DNA of 63,885 nucleotides, filler included, from Craspedostauros australis (lineage: Eukaryota), in assembly GCA_030167865.1 (NCBI GenBank). It is 7 parts of 7 records of this genome, joined end to end, with 100 filler letters (N's around TTAATTAATTAA, not from the genome) between each part and the next. Parts side by side here need not be neighbours in the genome. Positions count along the whole stretch, not along the records: positions 20,016 to 44,671 come from JALAGF010005965.1; positions 44,772 to 47,846 come from JALAGF010005966.1; 5 more parts are not named here. The stretch is one strand, 5' to 3'. The translations under genes were made by a program, and so were the position numbers. Below the pieces are notes generated by a model. It was given only the letters and a program-made list of their open reading frames with translations, was not told the DNA's origin and ran no database searches. Positions 31,581-45,650 of this stretch are shown one piece after another. How positions within the stretch are numbered: position 1 is the stretch's first letter; each line of letters opens with the position of its first letter.

Positions 31581-34500
31581 ATGAGGCTGCTGCGCGCGTG
31601 CACGGCGGAGGGGCAGGTTCTCGATGAATCGATGGACAAGAAGGTGAAGCTGCATCAGCTAGAGCAGAAGAACAAGAGCAAGAACACCAACACGAATACG
31701 AAACAACAGCCGGTGCAGAACGAAAAGGAGTACGAGTACGTGCAGAGGAAGTTCGGATACGACAGCGCTCCACCGTCGCACTACGCGCCGCCATCACGGC
31801 AGCCTCAGAAGGCTACGAACGGCACCAACTTCGTTCGGGACGATGTACCCTCCGAACTGTCCAACTCGTTTTCGGAGAACGAATACGTGGGCAACGAGGC
31901 GATGATGCAAGCGCATGCCCAGTACGCGGCAGGAGGTGGCCGCGCTCCAATTCCCGCCGGGAACGCACCGATGCCCTACAATGGCCAAGGACAGATGCAG
32001 ATGATGCACCAGATGTATGGCAATCAACCGCCGATGCGTGGCGCTCCGCCTCTGCCATACAAACAACCCCGCCAGGCAGCACCACCTCCACCGCAGCCAA
32101 CGCAGCAACAGGAACAGCAACCGGAAATAGCGCGGCAGGCATCGTCGCAGTCGTTCCTCAGCAGGACATCCATCGGGCAGTACTTTGGCATGTACGGCCA
32201 GCAGCAAGATGCTGTTCTGGAAACTCCGCAAGCACCGCAGATTCACAACCATCAGATCGACCAACCAAGAGACCATCAGCGCGGGCACATTCAGGGACGC
32301 CAGGCACCTGCCAAACACCAGAGTCCACCAGTCACCAACCAGAACCGAGGTCAGGTCAAGCATGCTGCGAGCAGCGAGAGCGTCAATTTGGCAATCAACC
32401 GCAGCACTTCGTCCCAGCGACACCAGCAACAAGTGCAACCGCCGGCACAGAAACCCAAACCATCCAGCCGGCAGAAGCCCCCGTTGCGGGGTGGGGCCAC
32501 AGCAACTCCCAACAACTACCGTGATCCGCACGCTGTCATCGATCGCGTGCCGACGGCCTACAGCTACACGTCCCATGATTCCGCCGATGAGTTCAACGAG
32601 GAGAAGTCGAGACACTCGCGCTACACTGCGACCTCTGACGAGATCGAGCAGCAGAACTCGTTGCAGGAGAAGAAGAACAAGGCTGCATCAAGAAGCCCTC
32701 CTGAACCATCGAAAAGGGCGAGCCGGGACAAGAAGACATCGACCAGTAGAGGCATGCCATCTGGAACAGGGGCAACAGCAGGACTTCCGGAGGAGGCGCC
32801 CGCCGCTAACAGCAGGAAGCCCGGAAGGGGAATCAACAACCTCATCAGCCATTGGGAACAACGCACCGATGGTGATCAAGCTGCCGATCAGCCACGTGGC
32901 TCACACGATGACAAAGTCACCGAGGACCCTCGAGCAAGTGAGAATGACAGAGATTCAAGACCTCGTTCGCGTCCGCACACCAACGAAGACCACAAGCACC
33001 ACCAAGATGATGCCGCCCTGGCAAGGGAAGAAGAAGCCTACCGCAGCGGTTACGCGAATGAACGCAACAACCAACGTGGGCCGCCTCATCGCAACGACAG
33101 AGCCAACGACCAACGTGATCCATCATACCAACACAATCAAAGCAACCATCATCACAACCGCAGCAGCCAAGAGGAACACCGCCACGACGGGTACGATCAA
33201 CAGCTGGATTCTTACGGCCGTCCAATCGATAGTGGATACTACGATGCCGCGCAGAGTGGGGGTCACATTAACCCACCCCACCACGACGGGAGGGATGTGC
33301 GAGGAGAATACGGCGGCTATGATGCGCGGGATGATCACGGCCAAATGAGAAATTCCACTGCATACGACGGCCGCGAACCACAGCCATCCGGACTGGCACG
33401 AGGTGCAGGCGCAGAGCAACGGGATGCGGCACCGTCGACACAACGACGCCCGTCGATCGCGCCACCTGCGACCACCGCTGCTGCCCCTTCGACGTTGCGC
33501 AAGCCCATGACGATGACCATGAAGAGCAGCAACACCAAGCAGCACGCTTCTTCCACGAAGGAAAAGGGCGGCAAGGAAAAGAAGGGCCGAGGACTCTTCG
33601 GACGTCTCCGAGGATCCAAGAAGGACCAGTCCAGCACCGCAGCGAAACACAACACTTCCAAGTCCACACCAGCAGTTGGTGGTGCACAGATCATCTACAA
33701 GAAGAATAGCAAGAGCAAGCAGACGAACCACCTTGGACTTGGCAACATGGCCACCAACAACTGCCGCAGAGGCAGCAAGGATGAAACGGGCAGTCACCAA
33801 CAGCAGGAGGACGCGCGACGAGGACACAGGCCGGTTAGCGTCGCAGGGGTGGGTGGTGGCAGGAGCGACGTGTCTCCTCCAGCTTCCACCATCGTCATCC
33901 CTCCATCCGTCGGACACGACAGCATACACAACGGCGTTCGTATGAATCATCACACTGATCCCCACCACCCATATCATCACGGAGGGGGCATCGTGATGCA
34001 CGAGGGTGATCCTTGGATGGATAAACGTCGTGCCGAGATGATGGAGAAATACTACGAAAACGATGGCCACCATCACCCAGGAGGACAGCAGCAGCCGTCG
34101 ACACCACCGCCACACAGACAAGGACAGCATCACTATCAGCACCAGCACCATCAACAACCACCTCCACAGCAGCAGCACCAGCATCACCACCCTCATCATC
34201 CCGTCAATGAGTTCCGTGAGGCGGAGCGAAGCCGTTCGTACGATCCGCAACACCTCACCGTGCAGCGCAGCACCAGCCAACACCACCAGCCTCATCACCG
34301 CCATCCACACGCGGCACCTCCTCCACAGATTGTGCCGCAGCAGGGCAGCGGCATGCCGTCCCCAGTGAATGGCCGGCCGTACTACGATCGCTACGGCGAA
34401 GAGGAGATGCTGGATGACTACGAACGTCATTTGTTGGTGCAGCGCAGTTACAGCCGTCACAATATGAACAGCAGCCCGTACGATGGCGGCGCCGCCAGTC

Positions 34501-34688
34501 CATCCCCACGCAGCATGCAGCCATACCATCCTAAATACCAGCACCAGCATCATCAGCAACAACACCAACATGCTCCTCCTGCGCAAATGGCGATGCCGAA
34601 GCGGGCGCACAAGAAGTACGTGCCGCCAGAGCGCAAGACCTTTCCACCACCGGAACGCACCGGAATCGCGGACATCCATTACATCTAA
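31581..34688 (+). CDS. Hypothetical Q/H/P-rich intrinsically disordered protein (~1035 aa; likely start MRLLRAC)
   Basis: ORF open for more than 3 kb with coding-like composition. No recognisable folded domain. Confidence 0.72.
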   Translation: MRLLRACTAEGQVLDESMDKKVKLHQLEQKNKSKNTNTNTKQQPVQNEKEYEYVQRKFGYDSAPPSHYAPPSRQPQKATNGTNFVRDDVPSELSNSFSENEYVGNEAMMQAHAQYAAGGGRAPIPAGNAPMPYNGQGQMQMMHQMYGNQPPMRGAPPLPYKQPRQAAPPPPQPTQQQEQQPEIARQASSQSFLSRTSIGQYFGMYGQQQDAVLETPQAPQIHNHQIDQPRDHQRGHIQGRQAPAKHQSPPVTNQNRGQVKHAASSESVNLAINRSTSSQRHQQQVQPPAQKPKPSSRQKPPLRGGATATPNNYRDPHAVIDRVPTAYSYTSHDSADEFNEEKSRHSRYTATSDEIEQQNSLQEKKNKAASRSPPEPSKRASRDKKTSTSRGMPSGTGATAGLPEEAPAANSRKPGRGINNLISHWEQRTDGDQAADQPRGSHDDKVTEDPRASENDRDSRPRSRPHTNEDHKHHQDDAALAREEEAYRSGYANERNNQRGPPHRNDRANDQRDPSYQHNQSNHHHNRSSQEEHRHDGYDQQLDSYGRPIDSGYYDAAQSGGHINPPHHDGRDVRGEYGGYDARDDHGQMRNSTAYDGREPQPSGLARGAGAEQRDAAPSTQRRPSIAPPATTAAAPSTLRKPMTMTMKSSNTKQHASSTKEKGGKEKKGRGLFGRLRGSKKDQSSTAAKHNTSKSTPAVGGAQIIYKKNSKSKQTNHLGLGNMATNNCRRGSKDETGSHQQQEDARRGHRPVSVAGVGGGRSDVSPPASTIVIPPSVGHDSIHNGVRMNHHTDPHHPYHHGGGIVMHEGDPWMDKRRAEMMEKYYENDGHHHPGGQQQPSTPPPHRQGQHHYQHQHHQQPPPQQQHQHHHPHHPVNEFREAERSRSYDPQHLTVQRSTSQHHQPHHRHPHAAPPPQIVPQQGSGMPSPVNGRPYYDRYGEEEMLDDYERHLLVQRSYSRHNMNSSPYDGGAASPSPRSMQPYHPKYQHQHHQQQHQHAPPAQMAMPKRAHKKYVPPERKTFPPPERTGIADIHYI

Positions 34689-34923
34689 TCGAATGTGCGA
34701 ACGTGCGTAAGTAGTAAGTATTGATTATTGACTATTGACGAGAATAGGGAAAAGTAACTTGATCACGGTGCGGGATGGAGAAGACGTTGGCATTTAGACC
34801 ACAAATGATGAATAACTATTGTAAAAAGCAGACCGATTAAAATCAAATCAACTTGAAAGGGATATTATTCGAGTTAGAGAGATAGAGTTGAGAGTGCAAT
34901 ATAATACATTATTGCTCCACTTT

Positions 34924-37140
34924 TCATGACTCCGTTGGGCACGCAGAAGCGTAACCAGAGCTGTTGATCGCCACCATTATTCCATGACCATCATCATCCT
35001 GGAGGAACAGCCGCGGAGGCTTGTAACCAAAGACATCCAACCCTTCTCCAGCAGCATCATGCAAATCATTCCACAATTTGGGATTGTCGGCGAGGTTGGC
35101 AACCCATTCAGCAAAGTCGTAACGTTGAAATGGAAGCGTTGGATGTGTTGCTGCCGACCCATCAGGTTTGTTGACGTCGATGATTCTTTGTTTGAACTGT
35201 TGCCCATGCTTCGGCGTATCTGCAAATGCAAACTTGCGACGTGACAATCCATGATGCTGCCCGTGGTGCTGCTTGTTTCCGGTATGATCGGTGCGAAATT
35301 GATTGCCACCTCTCAAGAACGGCGGTTTGGGAATCTTGAGTTTCCCATCATCGTGTTCGTGATCATTATTACCATCACCATTGCCATTGCCATGAACCCC
35401 CACCGAATGATTCTGATCGATCTCAAGAAGATGTCTTGCATGAATTCCTACCCCATCCTCCTGCTGCTGCTGCTGCTGCTTCTGCCGCATCAGCTGCCAT
35501 TTCGGCACATTCTGGATCGCCGCGATTTGCTTCGCCAAGGCGCAGAGGGAAGCGAGCTTGGAGTCTTGAGCAGGGTTGTCGGAGCTCACGATGTCGGCAC
35601 TGTGGGCAGCGAGGACGCCGTCCCAACGAACAAATTGCGAGAGATGGACGAGACTGGGTAATGGATTTAGCATCAGTTCTTCAATCCGCATGGTCAAGTA
35701 GACATCGGAATGAAATCGATGAACCTGATGATGATGATCTTGGTCCTGCGCGACATGCGGTTGATCCTTTCTCTGCATGAGTCGCGTAGTTGTTGCTCGA
35801 AGATCGCCAAAGAAGCGAACGACTTGCAGATTCCAATCACTCCAAAGCTTGATCAGACGTTCCTTTCGCGAATTCTGGTTGGAGTCCATCCAATTTCCAG
35901 TACGGCCGGAATCCAGGAAATGCGAAAGCACGGAAGATGATTGCGCCAACGCCGTTTGGTGTCGCTTGCCCAATGCAATATCCCGCCCATCACGCACGAC
36001 ATGCAGGATCTTGATTTGGTATGGCACCTCTGCGGGAACCTTGATTTGGGAGAGGAATGGCGCAATCAGGATGAGAGCCGGATCGTGGTACACGAAGGAT
36101 CGATGCGAATGGGAGGGTGAAACGCCATTGACGGAAGCAACCGTTTGGTCACTCTTTGGACGATGGTCTTGTTCCAGCATTCGCGGGAGCGCCGCATTTA
36201 AGCGTTGTTGGACATGATCCAGAAGGCACCGCTGTACAGAAGTCGATTTCGTGAATGATGCATGCCGTGCGTTGTGACCATCATTTTTGGCATCCGTCTT
36301 GATCACAGCACCCCCCTTCTGATCGCTTTGCTGCAAGCATCCAACCCAACCGTCTTGCTTCAATCTGCGCCGCTGCTGATCGGGAGCGTTGGCATGTTCA
36401 CCTTGATCCTCATAATTGGGCGCGTCATCGACAACGTGAAAGCCCAGCCTCTGAAACACGGACAGAAATGCTTCCACGCCCGAACCTTCCACGCTCACGG
36501 CAAAGAGCGCAACAGGTGGTTGCGGCTCATCATGTCCATGCCGATCACCTGCTGTGAAAGAGGCCCATGAAGACCATGGGAAGGTTGCCGAATCGATTCC
36601 TCCGCCACCAGCTGTTGACGTGAACGTTGTCACCAGCGACGATGGTACTGGGTGCAATGACAAAGCAACGCCCAGATACAGCGCCTGCGCGACGATCAAA
36701 GTCAGCAGCAAGAGTACCAGCAGGATGAGAGCGGCTGTTCGCACACGCATCCCTCCTGCTCTTGATTTTGATCCTGGTACTGACTTGCAGCAGCTCGAAC
36801 AGTGGAAGAAGAGCGCTGCACTCGTGATGTGCCCGCGCTTTCTGCTTTGCGTGATGTGACGGCGCGCATCGTGGCGGTCCCGCAGTGGTTGTGACGACTC
36901 TTGGGGATGCCGGCTGTTGGTACCGGTGGAGGCAGGGTCACTTCTCCCACTGCCATCGAGTGACGACGTGTACACGCTGGTATTCGGACGAGCACGAGTG
37001 CCACCATTCGCTGGAGGATCGCATTTCAGTTGCCCATCTTGGTGGTCGCCATGTCGCGGGAGAAGGCTGGCTTGCAGACGTTGATGGACCCTTGCGCCAT
37101 CATCCCTCCTCGCATTGTGGACCCCGTCCTGCTGAAGCAT
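34924..37140 (-). CDS. Sulfotransferase-like type II membrane protein
   Basis: TM anchor AALILLVLLLLTLIVA. 3'-PB-like motif KILHVVRDGRDIA, plus LWSDWN, MRIEEL and C-terminal GLDVFGY. The 5'-PSB loop is degenerate (SVEGSGV). Confidence 0.7.
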   Translation of the reverse strand: MLQQDGVHNARRDDGARVHQRLQASLLPRHGDHQDGQLKCDPPANGGTRARPNTSVYTSSLDGSGRSDPASTGTNSRHPQESSQPLRDRHDARRHITQSRKRGHITSAALFFHCSSCCKSVPGSKSRAGGMRVRTAALILLVLLLLTLIVAQALYLGVALSLHPVPSSLVTTFTSTAGGGGIDSATFPWSSWASFTAGDRHGHDEPQPPVALFAVSVEGSGVEAFLSVFQRLGFHVVDDAPNYEDQGEHANAPDQQRRRLKQDGWVGCLQQSDQKGGAVIKTDAKNDGHNARHASFTKSTSVQRCLLDHVQQRLNAALPRMLEQDHRPKSDQTVASVNGVSPSHSHRSFVYHDPALILIAPFLSQIKVPAEVPYQIKILHVVRDGRDIALGKRHQTALAQSSSVLSHFLDSGRTGNWMDSNQNSRKERLIKLWSDWNLQVVRFFGDLRATTTRLMQRKDQPHVAQDQDHHHQVHRFHSDVYLTMRIEELMLNPLPSLVHLSQFVRWDGVLAAHSADIVSSDNPAQDSKLASLCALAKQIAAIQNVPKWQLMRQKQQQQQQEDGVGIHARHLLEIDQNHSVGVHGNGNGDGNNDHEHDDGKLKIPKPPFLRGGNQFRTDHTGNKQHHGQHHGLSRRKFAFADTPKHGQQFKQRIIDVNKPDGSAATHPTLPFQRYDFAEWVANLADNPKLWNDLHDAAGEGLDVFGYKPPRLFLQDDDGHGIMVAINSSGYASACPTES

Positions 37141-38455
37141 CGCTGCTTGAGGATGCTTGGGTCGTCGGCCGCAACGTGGACGTCAATGATGACGTTTGCA
37201 TCTATTCCATCTATCTGAGATCGGCGAGCATGGTGATACCAGCCACCGCAAGAAATCGAAGTTAAGTGTGTTGGTACCACGAACGCTTCTGTTGCTCCAC
37301 CACGCCTTCGACACGTGTCCCGCGTCTTTACCAGTAAGGTCTTGGGGGATAAATGTGTCGGAAGCCTTCTCTCTCGCCTCTATCTGAGCACGAGTACTAC
37401 GAAGACAGACACTGGTCGCAACTGCTTGTTCTTGCTCATACAGATGCGCAATGTTGCATGACCATAGTGGCCTTGGAGGTATCCAAAGAGATCCATCCTT
37501 GCAAGTGCAAGTGCAAGTGCAAGCACGAGTACATCTACATCTCCTCCCAAACACTTCGAACAAACCATCAGTACGACTATGGACCCTCTCCAGAGAGAGC
37601 AATGGAAGTTGAAAGTAGAGGACTATTAGAAGAGTTGGAGGACCTACAAGGGTACCAGTGGTTGCTACTGGTCTCACATCATCCATGTCCACATGCGAGC
37701 CGAGCGATCGTGACGTGATGTTTGGGAGCTTCGTGTCCACCTTGTGAAAAGCAGCAAACAGAATTGTTCTGACTCGTTCGGGTCTGCATTAAATGTAACT
37801 AGTATCAATTGTTAAATAGGATGACACAGAAACCTCGACTAAGAAAATAGCTCATAGAATCTGGAAGGCAGAGTTTGGCTCGCAACCATCTTGGTTCCAT
37901 CAACCACGAGACAAAACCACGCGCAAAACACCACGCAACTTTGGTTCGCAGAAACACAGCCACAACCACTGCACCGCCCATGACGTTGGCGCCATTCTTC
38001 ACAAAACCTCCACGCAACACAGCAACACACAAAGAACACAAAACCAGAAACCGGCAGCAATCATTCACAGTTCAGACACAAAACCAAAGCACAGCCATCC
38101 TGAGGATCCTTCGTTGAAAGATCATCTCACACCAGAAACGGAAGCAATTCAAGACACACATCAGATCAGATCGCAGTCACAGTCACAGTCCACCAACGGA
38201 GGTTCTTCAACATTACTCTATCAGTGGAGAGCATTCAGGAAACGATACTTGCGTCCTTCACACCACCCTCCATTCACACATCCCCCATCCACAAGCAGCT
38301 ATACCGCCCATCTTGTGCTGTTCTGTCGCTCACCTCGACCATTCGGCATCGACATCGACATCAATACCAGCATCAACAGAAGCGATCTGCATCAGGAATC
38401 GACATTAGCAATCAAGTCGAGTCAAGCCGAGCCAAGTCAAGTGAATAAAGCAAAG

Positions 38456-39127
38456 ATGGCCAAGCCCATAACTTGCACAAACAGCAGCAATGACAAACAC
38501 ACCAACAGCGTCGACAGAGCCGCTGCGGAACGACCGCTGCCGAAGACCTTCGTCCCCAACGCCAGCCACGTGATCTGCGCACGAGGCAAGAGCCAATGGG
38601 ACCATGAGGGCAACAAGAGGTATCGCGTCATCATCGCAGCCTCCACGCAGAAGTACAGCAACGCCTCCAGCAAGCTCGACAAGTCGCTCATCGTGTCGGA
38701 GATCATCGACACCATCCACCGCGCCACCGACTCAAGACCCGCGGGTGGCTTCGTCAAGAAGCTCAAGAACGGCACGTGGGTGCAGTGCAACGAACATTTC
38801 GCGAGAGAGAAGGTCACTCAGAGCCTGCGCGATGGCTTGCACGGCAAGTACAAGTCCAGCACGAGGGCCAAGAAGCAGCGGCGCACGCAGTTCAGTCTCA
38901 ACATGACGGGCAACGCCGAAAGGGTCATCCATTCCAACGCATTCGTGTCGCAGAAGATAAAGGAGGTCGAGAAGGACCTGCAGATCTCCGCGTCGGATTA
39001 CACCGTCTGCACCATGCTCAGCCGCGCCAATTCCGACATTCTCGAATCGATGAAGAAGGATGCGGATCTGTTATCACGATTTCATGATGCCACGATGGCA
39101 GCCAAGGAAGCGGATAACTCGAATTGA
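38456..39127 (+). CDS. DUF6824-domain protein (diatom-expanded family)
   Basis: HVICARGK..HEGNKRYR..Y..A.SKLDKSLIVSEII....GGFVK...W......AREKVTQSLRD. Confidence 0.85.
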   Translation: MAKPITCTNSSNDKHTNSVDRAAAERPLPKTFVPNASHVICARGKSQWDHEGNKRYRVIIAASTQKYSNASSKLDKSLIVSEIIDTIHRATDSRPAGGFVKKLKNGTWVQCNEHFAREKVTQSLRDGLHGKYKSSTRAKKQRRTQFSLNMTGNAERVIHSNAFVSQKIKEVEKDLQISASDYTVCTMLSRANSDILESMKKDADLLSRFHDATMAAKEADNSN

Positions 39128-39760
39128 TGCGCTGTGCGTACATATTCTACGACCCACTAATACACATGAGTACAGCAGCGTCTGTGCAGGCAGCAGCAGC
39201 CATCGCTCACGCAGGGAGCAAGAGAGATACAAAGAGATGCGCACGCACGACAGCACACAAGGGACATGTGATGTTGGCCGCTGCAATGTTAATACTATAC
39301 AAAAGATATAATGTGTACACTAGAGATTACTCTGTCGCAATTCAAATAGTATTATGCTTCCTTTTGTATTGGTACCGCTATGGCACCACGCTGCGCAGCC
39401 TACGATGAGTTCACAACCCACAACGTGACGCTGGCGGAGATGATGAGAATTTGTCGACGGCACGATTCAGGCTCGCTTGACATGCCAACACCATACCACG
39501 CACAATGACGCCAATGCGAGTGTATGAAACGCAGGCGAGTGCATCATGTACTCACTCTCTACAGGGCAACTTCACGCGACACTCCACTTCTGAACAGGAG
39601 GGGTGCTTGCAACCGTGGCGAGATCACGATTCTCATTCACATGTCATAATACTTCTGTGCACTGCTATTGTTTGCTCTGCTTTCCATCGCCTTACTCTCT
39701 ATAGTATGCAGTGCGATGTAGCGTACATTACGCGTCGGAGATGGTGCCGACTTTGATTGA

Positions 39761-41804
<2,044 letters not shown>

Positions 41805-41955
41805 CTTTGCTTGTGCCAATGCTGATTGTCCTTGCAGCTCTTCCTTTTTGTGTTTTTGTGCCGTTTGGAGATCTTCATGTTGTGCTTGGGTGAGCACCTC
41901 GTTCGGACGTGACCGTTGAAAGTCGAGAGGCGTTGGCTGGAACAGTCTTTGCTCA

Positions 41956-44671
41956 GGGACGCCCGGCAAGTGCATCAAATACTTCAGTTTACGACTAGTA
42001 CGACTCAAACGTGGTTTTTGTCGTTTGTTGTGTTTCTTCGTTGTTTGTGAGATGTTGACAAAGCAAATGTCGCAGCGACGTCTTTGTTTGACTCATTGAT
42101 ATTACTACTTTATCAGTCGGTGTTACTCGGACACATTTAGTCATTGCTTCCGTTCGGTTGAAGTGTCATCGAGTCCCGTCGAACCTGCTTCCTTTTGCAT
42201 TTAATGCATTTGGAGTGCATTTAATGCACTTGGGGTTCAAAAAATGCATTTGAAGTGCATTAAATGCAAATGGAGTGCATTAAATGCAAATGGAGTGCAT
42301 TAAATGCATTTGGAGTGCATTAAATGCAATTGGGGTGCATTAAATGCATTTGGGGTTCAAAAAATGCATTTGAAGTGCATTAAATGCACTTNATCGGTTT
42401 TGCTGTCCACAATTCGTGAATGGATCCTCCTGGCGTCAACTCGCCACATCCAACCACTGGGCGCAAAACTGGTGGTTGCATGAGGCAGACGTGCTGTTTC
42501 ACAAGCGGAAGGTGGCCGTGGCGATGAAGAACAATTCTCCTGCTGCCAATTCAGTGGTTCTTGCAAGCCCCGTGCTGGGTACCATCGTGTTTTCTGTAAG
42601 CCCCATGCTGGGTACCGTCATGTTTTCCTGAATATAGCGAATCGGACAACACTACTTTCTTAGCAAACGATGTAACGTGTTGTCAAATAGGGTAATACAT
42701 ATTTAGCTAGTGTCTACGACACAAATACTGGCTGGCTTGTCCTCAACGCGGACAAAAGGCATGACGTCATTGACGGTCGATGACAGACCGAAATTGTATT
42801 CAATGGTGTGGATGGTGATGTTGTGACAGGTCCAGTGTCATGTTGATTCCTCACGCTGTTGGTGATTTGGCTCCTTTGGGTGTTTCCTCCTGCCAATGTT
42901 GTGTCAAGCAGCAAAGCATTGGTGGTGTCATCCNNNNNNNNNNNNNNNNNNNNNNNNNNNNNNNNNNNNNNNNNNNNNNNNNNTATCCTTTGCTATGCAC
43001 AACAAAATACAATACTAAATAATACTTGGCTTAGTTTGTGAATGTTCTACAAAGTCCTGCACAACCTACTTTGTTCCCCTTGGACATGGGACACCATAAT
43101 CATCTGCTGAGCTGTTGACATGGTGCAGAAAGAGACTGGTGACAGTAGTGTTGTCATCCTTGTTGTTTCTTGCATCGTGATTCAAGTGCTTGTGGATTCA
43201 ATACCACTGAAACAAGAAGTAAAGAGGGGGAGCAGATGAGCAACGGTTCAAAGCCAATGATGGCCATTGGCGACAACGAGCAGAGAGGAGGTCCAAACAC
43301 ACAGGCAGGGAATAGACCTGAAGCAAGGACGAGGCTGTACTATAGAGTAGGTATATGGAGGGAAGGAAGTGTGTGCTGATTGATATGTGGACAAAGCTGA
43401 ACGTCCTGGACCATGAACAGCAGCGGACCGAGAACAAGGCATGATGCAGCTTGAGTTAAGGGTGAGGGCAAAGGTTGAATTGGGGTGTACCATCCTTGGG
43501 TAGCATGGAGCCTGCAACCTGCTCACCACCATATGTATTNNNNTCCACATGGGTTCCATTGATCCAAAGCCCAGACAAAGCAGCAGCCTTGGCATGCCCA
43601 CTGCCACCACGCAATCCTCAACATGTTGTTACAAGTAACCGCCTCACCCACGTGAAATGTGAGTGTGTCGATGATAGACATGACTGGTCAGCACGTCAAA
43701 ACACGACTGACGATTCCCAACCCCATTTGCCCTCCACCGTCCGCACGCTGGACGCGTTTAGGCAAAGGCTAATGCGAAAAAATAACTTTGTAACTATACG
43801 GCTGAGGAGTCTATAACTTCACGCAAATACCCAATACAGCATAATAGGATGAATTCAGTGCTGAAATAATGTATCAGAACGAAGTTTCNNNNNNNNNNNN
43901 NNNNNNNNNNNNNNNNNNNNNNNNNNNNNNNNNNNNNNNNNNNNNNNNNNNNNNNNGGTATTGGAGAATCACACACAGAGCCTCGAATGGGTGCACATGG
44001 CACTGGTGGCCATGGCGAACAGTGTCGCTCATGGTCTTCAGGTTCTTGATTCGGCAGTTCAAACGCTCGGCAACGAGCGCGGCTCTTGAACTTTGCACCA
44101 TCTTTTCGCGAACAATCCTGTCCTCGGGGCCTGCACACCAATCGCCAACCCACACACAAACAGCTCAAGCGAGTCCCGCGACCTGTGTGCTTCCACCAAA
44201 AAATGCATTTGNNNNNNNNNNNNNNNNNNNNNNNNNNNNNNNNNNNNNNNNNNNNNNNNNNNNNNNNNNNNNNNNNNNNNNNNNNNNNNNNNNNNNNNNN
44301 NNNNNNNNNNNNNNNNNNNNNNNNNNNNNNNNNNNNNNNNNNNNNNNNNNNNNNNNNNNNNNNNNNNNNNNNNNNNNNNNNNNNNNNNNNNNNNNNNNNN
44401 NNNNNNNNTTGGAGTGCATTAAATGCACTTTCAGTTGTGCATCAGATTGATTCGTGACTTAAACAACTACAGTCACAACGGCGGTCATTGGACACCAGTA
44501 TACGATCTCGTTAAATAGAATACTTAACGACACGACATTCACCGGTCATTTTCAGCGAATGCAACGACACAGATTGTGGAGGCAAGACTAATTCGATTAA
44601 ACAGCCTCGATTCATCTCCATGGTCAAGTGAGTCAAACGACGAACATTTCAATGGACTTGCCGGGTGTCCC
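41956..44671. mobile_element. Degenerate TIR DNA transposon, PIF/Harbinger-like
   Basis: TIR GGGACGCCCGGCAAGTGCAT (41956) matches the reverse complement of the 44671 end at 18/20. The same 20-bp arrays sit at both subtermini. A remnant at 43958-44155 (-), ERLNCRIKNLKTMSDTVRH...H...FEALCVILQ, resembles the C-terminus of DDE_Tnp_4-type transposases. Confidence 0.7.
42196..42390. repeat. 20-bp tandem array TGCATTAAATGCATTTGGAG (~10 units); second array at 44201-44430, mostly hidden in an N gap
   Basis: Seen directly. The core TGCATT-A-AATGCA is palindromic. Confidence 0.93.
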
Positions 44672-45650
44672 NNNNNNNNNNNNNNNNNNNNNNNNNNNNN
44701 NNNNNNNNNNNNNNNTTAATTAATTAANNNNNNNNNNNNNNNNNNNNNNNNNNNNNNNNNNNNNNNNNNNNGTCAACAAACACAAAAAGATCGACTAGAT
44801 AGTAGTAACAACAAGATAATGCTATTGCTTGCCTGGATAGCCCTGAGTCTTAAGTTTAGGTAGATGCAAAGAGATATTCGATTGAGTGTCTATAANTTTA
44901 AGTCTGAGTTTGGGAAAAACGGGTCCAAAATCTGTAGCCAATCATCGCCAAACATCGCCAAACATCGCCAAACATTTGGGTCCGGCTCTTTGAGGCACCA
45001 GCCTTCGCCGCGTCTCATGTCTGCCATTCTAGCGAACAAGAAGAGAAGCCACAAATTTGGTGATGTTGCGCGCCATTTTTGTTCTTGTTTGGTTGTGTCC
45101 AAATGAGTCCCTAGCTTCCACGATCGAAGTGCGTGATCCATTCAAATGAGTCGATAAAGGTATCCACAAAGATTCGTCACACCCATCAAACCGCGTCTCC
45201 AACTCCTCTCTCTCGTGCACATCTCATCCGAGCAACATCATTGGACCACTGGATGAAGCAGGTCCGAAGGCATCCATCAAGCTGAAATATTATGCGCTAT
45301 CAATACAGTAAGCGAGGCAGCATCCAGCTTCGAATCAACGGATGCAACGATGGAGTTGAGCATTCGTGTGTGATCATGGAATGGGCCAAGACGGAATGGT
45401 GTCAAATCAGGATCTCTGCCGTCCCCATGAGTGTGGCAGATGTATCGATCATCATCTATCGTACTCGCATGGTATTCTCTTGTATTGAGTTCTATTCTAT
45501 TCTATTATATGTTTGTGTATGGTGAAAATTGTGTGTCTGTGTGCAGACGGGCAGTGTAATGCTGTGGCATTCGTGGTTGCGTACGACTAATCGTTCGGCG
45601 ATTGGCTGCAACCGCATCTGCGACTTCAAGTCTAAGCGCAGGAAAGCAAG

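Noticed and set aside
23413..35661. Long antisense ORFs (e.g. 23413-24705, 24718-26091, 29701-30768, 33123-34679)
   Set aside because: Shadows of real genes on the opposite strand, caused by codon bias.
42196..42390. CRISPR-like array
   Set aside because: Units are contiguous with no unique spacers, there are no cas genes, and the context is eukaryotic.
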